Positions 61,057-64,000 of a DNA stretch of 64,000 nucleotides are shown one piece after another (positions within the stretch are counted from its first letter, which is position 1; each line of letters starts with the position of its first letter). Made by a program: the position numbers and the translations under genes. The notes under the pieces are model-generated. The model was given only the letters and a program-made list of their open reading frames with translations. It searched no databases and had not been told where the DNA came from. This DNA is from Candidatus Aenigmatarchaeota archaeon. GTDB taxonomy: Archaea > Aenigmatarchaeota > Aenigmatarchaeia > QMZP01 > QMZT01. The stretch is taken from assembly GCA_041489155.1 (NCBI GenBank), contig JBGPQP010000003.1, forward strand, positions 47,744 through 111,743. Reading direction: 5' to 3'.

Positions 61057-61509
61057 TTATGTAGAGACCAGCATGCCGCCGGCTCCCATCGCAGCGTAGG
61101 TGTGTATCAGCGACGCGAGCGAGTTTAGTATGCCCTGCGCCTCGCCGAAATCTATCTTTATGCTCCTCGGCTCGATTATTTCAATCGCCGAAGGCCCGTA
61201 GTTCATCACGATGTAAACAAGCCTGTCGAAGTTCTCGGCGACCATCTCCAGGTCGACCACCTGCGAATATCCCTTCGGCACGTTGGGCAGCGGGGTGTCG
61301 ACTTCCTCAAGCCCCCTGAAATCTTTTTTATAAACCAGGATGTTCTTTTCCCTCTCCATTTTTTCCAGGTGTTTCCTCAGGGCGGAATCAGCGGTTTCAC
61401 CGGATATCGCCAGCGCTTCTATCATCATGCCCACGCGTATCCAGCCGTCCTTCACCCGTCTCTTCGACTCCTCTTCCTTCTTTTTGTCGAGTATCGCCTT
61501 TTCTGCCAT
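61057..61509 (-). CDS. Conserved hypothetical protein
   Basis: Well-formed ORF containing NYGPSAIEIIEP. Confidence 0.75.
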   Translation of the reverse strand: MAEKAILDKKKEEESKRRVKDGWIRVGMMIEALAISGETADSALRKHLEKMEREKNILVYKKDFRGLEEVDTPLPNVPKGYSQVVDLEMVAENFDRLVYIVMNYGPSAIEIIEPRSIKIDFGEAQGILNSLASLIHTYAAMGAGGMLVST

Positions 61510-61541
61510 GCAATCACAATATAGTTCTTTTGTCACCACTG

Positions 61542-62576
61542 CTATTTAAAACGTTTTGCCTTCCTGCTCCACTCCATTCCCTTCAGGTCGATTTTCGTCC
61601 CGCACTTGGGGCATTTCTCCTCGAGCGAGAGGACAGAGAAGCCCATCCTCTCGATTGCCTTTGCGCCGCATTTCCAGCAGTACGTGGATTCGTATTTGTT
61701 CCCTAAAACGTTCCCGGCATAGACCCATCTCAGGCCGGCCTTTCTTGCGATGGCGACGGCTTTCTCCAGCGTAGCAGCCGGCGTTGGCTTCGCGCTGGTC
61801 AGCCTGTACTGCGGATAGAACGCGGAAAAATGCAGAGGGACGCTTTCGCCGAGATTTTCCGCCACCCACATCGAAAGCTTTTTTATTTCTGCGGGTGCGT
61901 CGTTGCGGCCGGGTATTATCAGGTTCGTGACCTCCATCCACACCCCGTTTTTTACGTATGCCTTGAGCGCGTCGAACACGGGCTTTATCCCGATGCCGCC
62001 GCAGACCTTCCTGTAGAACTCGTCGTCTCCTTTAAGGTCAACATTAACCGCATCCAGATACCTTGCCATCGTCCTGATCGGCTCGGGATTCGTGTAGCCG
62101 TTCGAGACCCACACGTTATACAATCCTTCATTTTTCGCGAGCTTCATGATGTCAAGCGCGTATTCGTAGAAAACGGTCGGCTCCGTGTATGTATAAGCAA
62201 TGCCTTCGACGCCATGCTGCTTCGCGAGCGCTATAATCTCTTCGGGGTACATCTCCTCGCCCTGTATCTCTCCGTATTCCTGCGATATCGAGGAGTTCTG
62301 GCAGAAGCTGCAGCGCAGGTTGCAGCCGACCGTCGCGAGCGACAAACACCGCGTCGCCGGCGCGAAGTGGAAAAGCGGCTTCTTCTCTACCGGGTCTATG
62401 GCAATCGAAATCGCCTTGCCATAGACCAGCGAGCAGAGCCTTCCCTTCACATTTCTCCGCACTCCGCAGAAGCCCGTCTCGCCTTCGGCGATCACGCAGA
62501 AGCGCGGGCACAGCTCGCATCCGACCTTCGAGGTAGCGAGCTTCCTGTAGAACATCGCTTCTTTCATAGTGCTCAT
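61542..62576 (-). CDS. amrS: AmmeMemoRadiSam-type radical SAM enzyme
   Basis: CELCPRFC, DPVEKKPLFHF, GCNLRCSFCQN, YTYTEP and PLHF motifs. Confidence 0.92.
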   Translation of the reverse strand: MSTMKEAMFYRKLATSKVGCELCPRFCVIAEGETGFCGVRRNVKGRLCSLVYGKAISIAIDPVEKKPLFHFAPATRCLSLATVGCNLRCSFCQNSSISQEYGEIQGEEMYPEEIIALAKQHGVEGIAYTYTEPTVFYEYALDIMKLAKNEGLYNVWVSNGYTNPEPIRTMARYLDAVNVDLKGDDEFYRKVCGGIGIKPVFDALKAYVKNGVWMEVTNLIIPGRNDAPAEIKKLSMWVAENLGESVPLHFSAFYPQYRLTSAKPTPAATLEKAVAIARKAGLRWVYAGNVLGNKYESTYCWKCGAKAIERMGFSVLSLEEKCPKCGTKIDLKGMEWSRKAKRFK

Positions 62577-62618
62577 TTCAAGATTGTTTCGCCGTTTAAA
62601 AAGTCAGCTTCTTCGGGT

Positions 62619-63401
62619 CTACGCGGGCGCGACGAAGCCGTCGACTATGACCTTCCCTCCGAACTCCTTGGTCACTTCCTCCGCCTCTTCCGTGAGCCTG
62701 TTGAGGGAGAATTCATTTTGCCTGGCCCCGACGATCAGGATCAGGAACGGCGTCTTGCCTGCCTTTATCAGCCTGCCGAAGCCCTGGCTGCTCGTTGCCG
62801 CGGTTAAGGTCAATGAGAGTTCCTTCATCGCGGTCTCCGCGTCGCTGTGATAGCGCCTGCTTATGACGAACGCTGGCGGCAGCCCGATGACTTCGAGCTT
62901 CGAGTTGTCGAAGCTTCCGGTGCCATCGTAGACTGCCAGCCTCGCCATGTTGAAATGCGGCAAAGCGAGGATGTGACCCATGTAAGGGATGTTCGCTTTC
63001 TTCGCCATTCTTTTCGCGTAGAACATGCCGTAGTTGTCGGGGTTCTCATAAAATTTTTTCATGTTTTCGCTGAGGTCCTCAAAGGCTATGGCTGCTGCGC
63101 TGCAGCCGGTATGGCTGTATATGCCTTCGGCGCGCGCCCTCCTGAGCATGTCAACGCCCTTCTCCTCATCCATCAGGATTACGGGCCCGGCGGCGTGCAG
63201 GCCGCCCGGCGTACGGTCGTCTATGCAGCGGAAGCACCTGTCTTCCAGCCGGAAGATGTCTTTCAGCGTCGCGATGCTCTCGAAGTGCAGCCCGAGGCCG
63301 CCCCTTTCGTGCAGCGCGTAAAAATTTCTGAGGATACCTTCCTGCGCCTGGAAAAAATCACGTACCATCTCCCTCCTGTCGAAGAAGTCGCTCATACGCA
63401 T
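62619..63401 (-). CDS. Putative Zn-binding protein with beta-carbonic-anhydrase-like CxDxR...HxxC ligands
   Basis: CIDDR...SHTGCSAA; start uncertain. Confidence 0.55.
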   Translation of the reverse strand: MRMSDFFDRREMVRDFFQAQEGILRNFYALHERGGLGLHFESIATLKDIFRLEDRCFRCIDDRTPGGLHAAGPVILMDEEKGVDMLRRARAEGIYSHTGCSAAAIAFEDLSENMKKFYENPDNYGMFYAKRMAKKANIPYMGHILALPHFNMARLAVYDGTGSFDNSKLEVIGLPPAFVISRRYHSDAETAMKELSLTLTAATSSQGFGRLIKAGKTPFLILIVGARQNEFSLNRLTEEAEEVTKEFGGKVIVDGFVAPA

Positions 63402-63493
63402 CCGTCCATGCCGCAGCAAAAAGGCGTCTTCATTGTGAAGAATTGAAAAGGAGATTAAAAAATAAAAAATGCCGCCGCAAAAATCGCGCCGGT

Positions 63494-64000
63494 TCAAGCG
63501 GGTGCCGTGAAGCCGTCGAGAACGACTCTGTCCTTGTAGTTCCTGACCAGCGGCCTCAGCTCCATCTTCAGTCTGAACTGCGAGAACTTCACGTCCCTGG
63601 AGTTCCCTACCGCTATGACGACAAGCGGCTCCTTCTGCGTCACCAGGTCTCCGAAGCCGTGCGCTCCGAGCACGATGTCAAGCGCTATTTTTGTCTCGTT
63701 CAGCGCGTCCTCCGCGTCCCGGTGGAAAAAGCGGCTTATGACGAAGCCTTTCGGGAGCATGGCGTTTCTCGACGGGTTGAACTTCCCGGTCCCATCGTAA
63801 TAAATCACTCTCGCCACGTGCATGCCGCTCGGCCTTTTCATCTGGCTGATATTTATGTGTTCATGCCTGACGCCAAGCTCTTCGGCCATTTCCTCAAGCA
63901 TCACCCTCGCGTACTGGTCGGCCCTTGAAGAATCCTTCCCGTTCTTCGCGGCGAACAGCTTCGCCGCCCCGCACTCGTCGTGGCTCGTTATGCAGTCCAG
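63494..64000 (-). CDS. Tandem paralogue of the preceding gene (starts outside the window)
   Basis: Frame is open to the window end (LDCITSHDECGAAK). Shares YDGTG.F, FVISR, GFG.L and DGF.APA. Confidence 0.75.
   Translation of the reverse strand: MDCITSHDECGAAKLFAAKNGKDSSRADQYARVMLEEMAEELGVRHEHINISQMKRPSGMHVARVIYYDGTGKFNPSRNAMLPKGFVISRFFHRDAEDALNETKIALDIVLGAHGFGDLVTQKEPLVVIAVGNSRDVKFSQFRLKMELRPLVRNYKDRVVLDGFTAPA

Overview
Archaeal chromosomal window. The evidence is TBP, Alba, GatDE, CarS, deoxyhypusine synthase, L14e/L34e, an intron-containing tRNA-Leu and TATA-type promoters. The gene style suggests a DPANN/Aenigmarchaeota-like lineage, which is an inference only. The backbone is housekeeping (purine and folate genes, tRNA synthetases, RNA processing, DNA repair) and is interrupted by several single-gene AT-rich islands. 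The most notable region is a ~9 kb locus (48.0-56.7 kb) of type IV pilin-like genes. Two of these carry apparently intact peptidoglycan-attacking domains: an SGNH esterase plus Amidase_3 fusion, and an SLT lytic transglycosylase. This is a candidate pilus-displayed, anti-bacterial cell-wall lysis system. Other highlights are a bacterial sigma-70-like gene, four tandem cytoplasmic PQQ-type beta-propeller genes each overlapping the next by exactly 52 nt, a PurF lacking its catalytic Cys, Trp-codon leader ORFs upstream of trpB2/trpS, a stand-alone LigD phosphoesterase plus polymerase pair, and a LAGLIDADG gene between gatD and gatE. All calls come from motif recognition by eye; no database searches were run.
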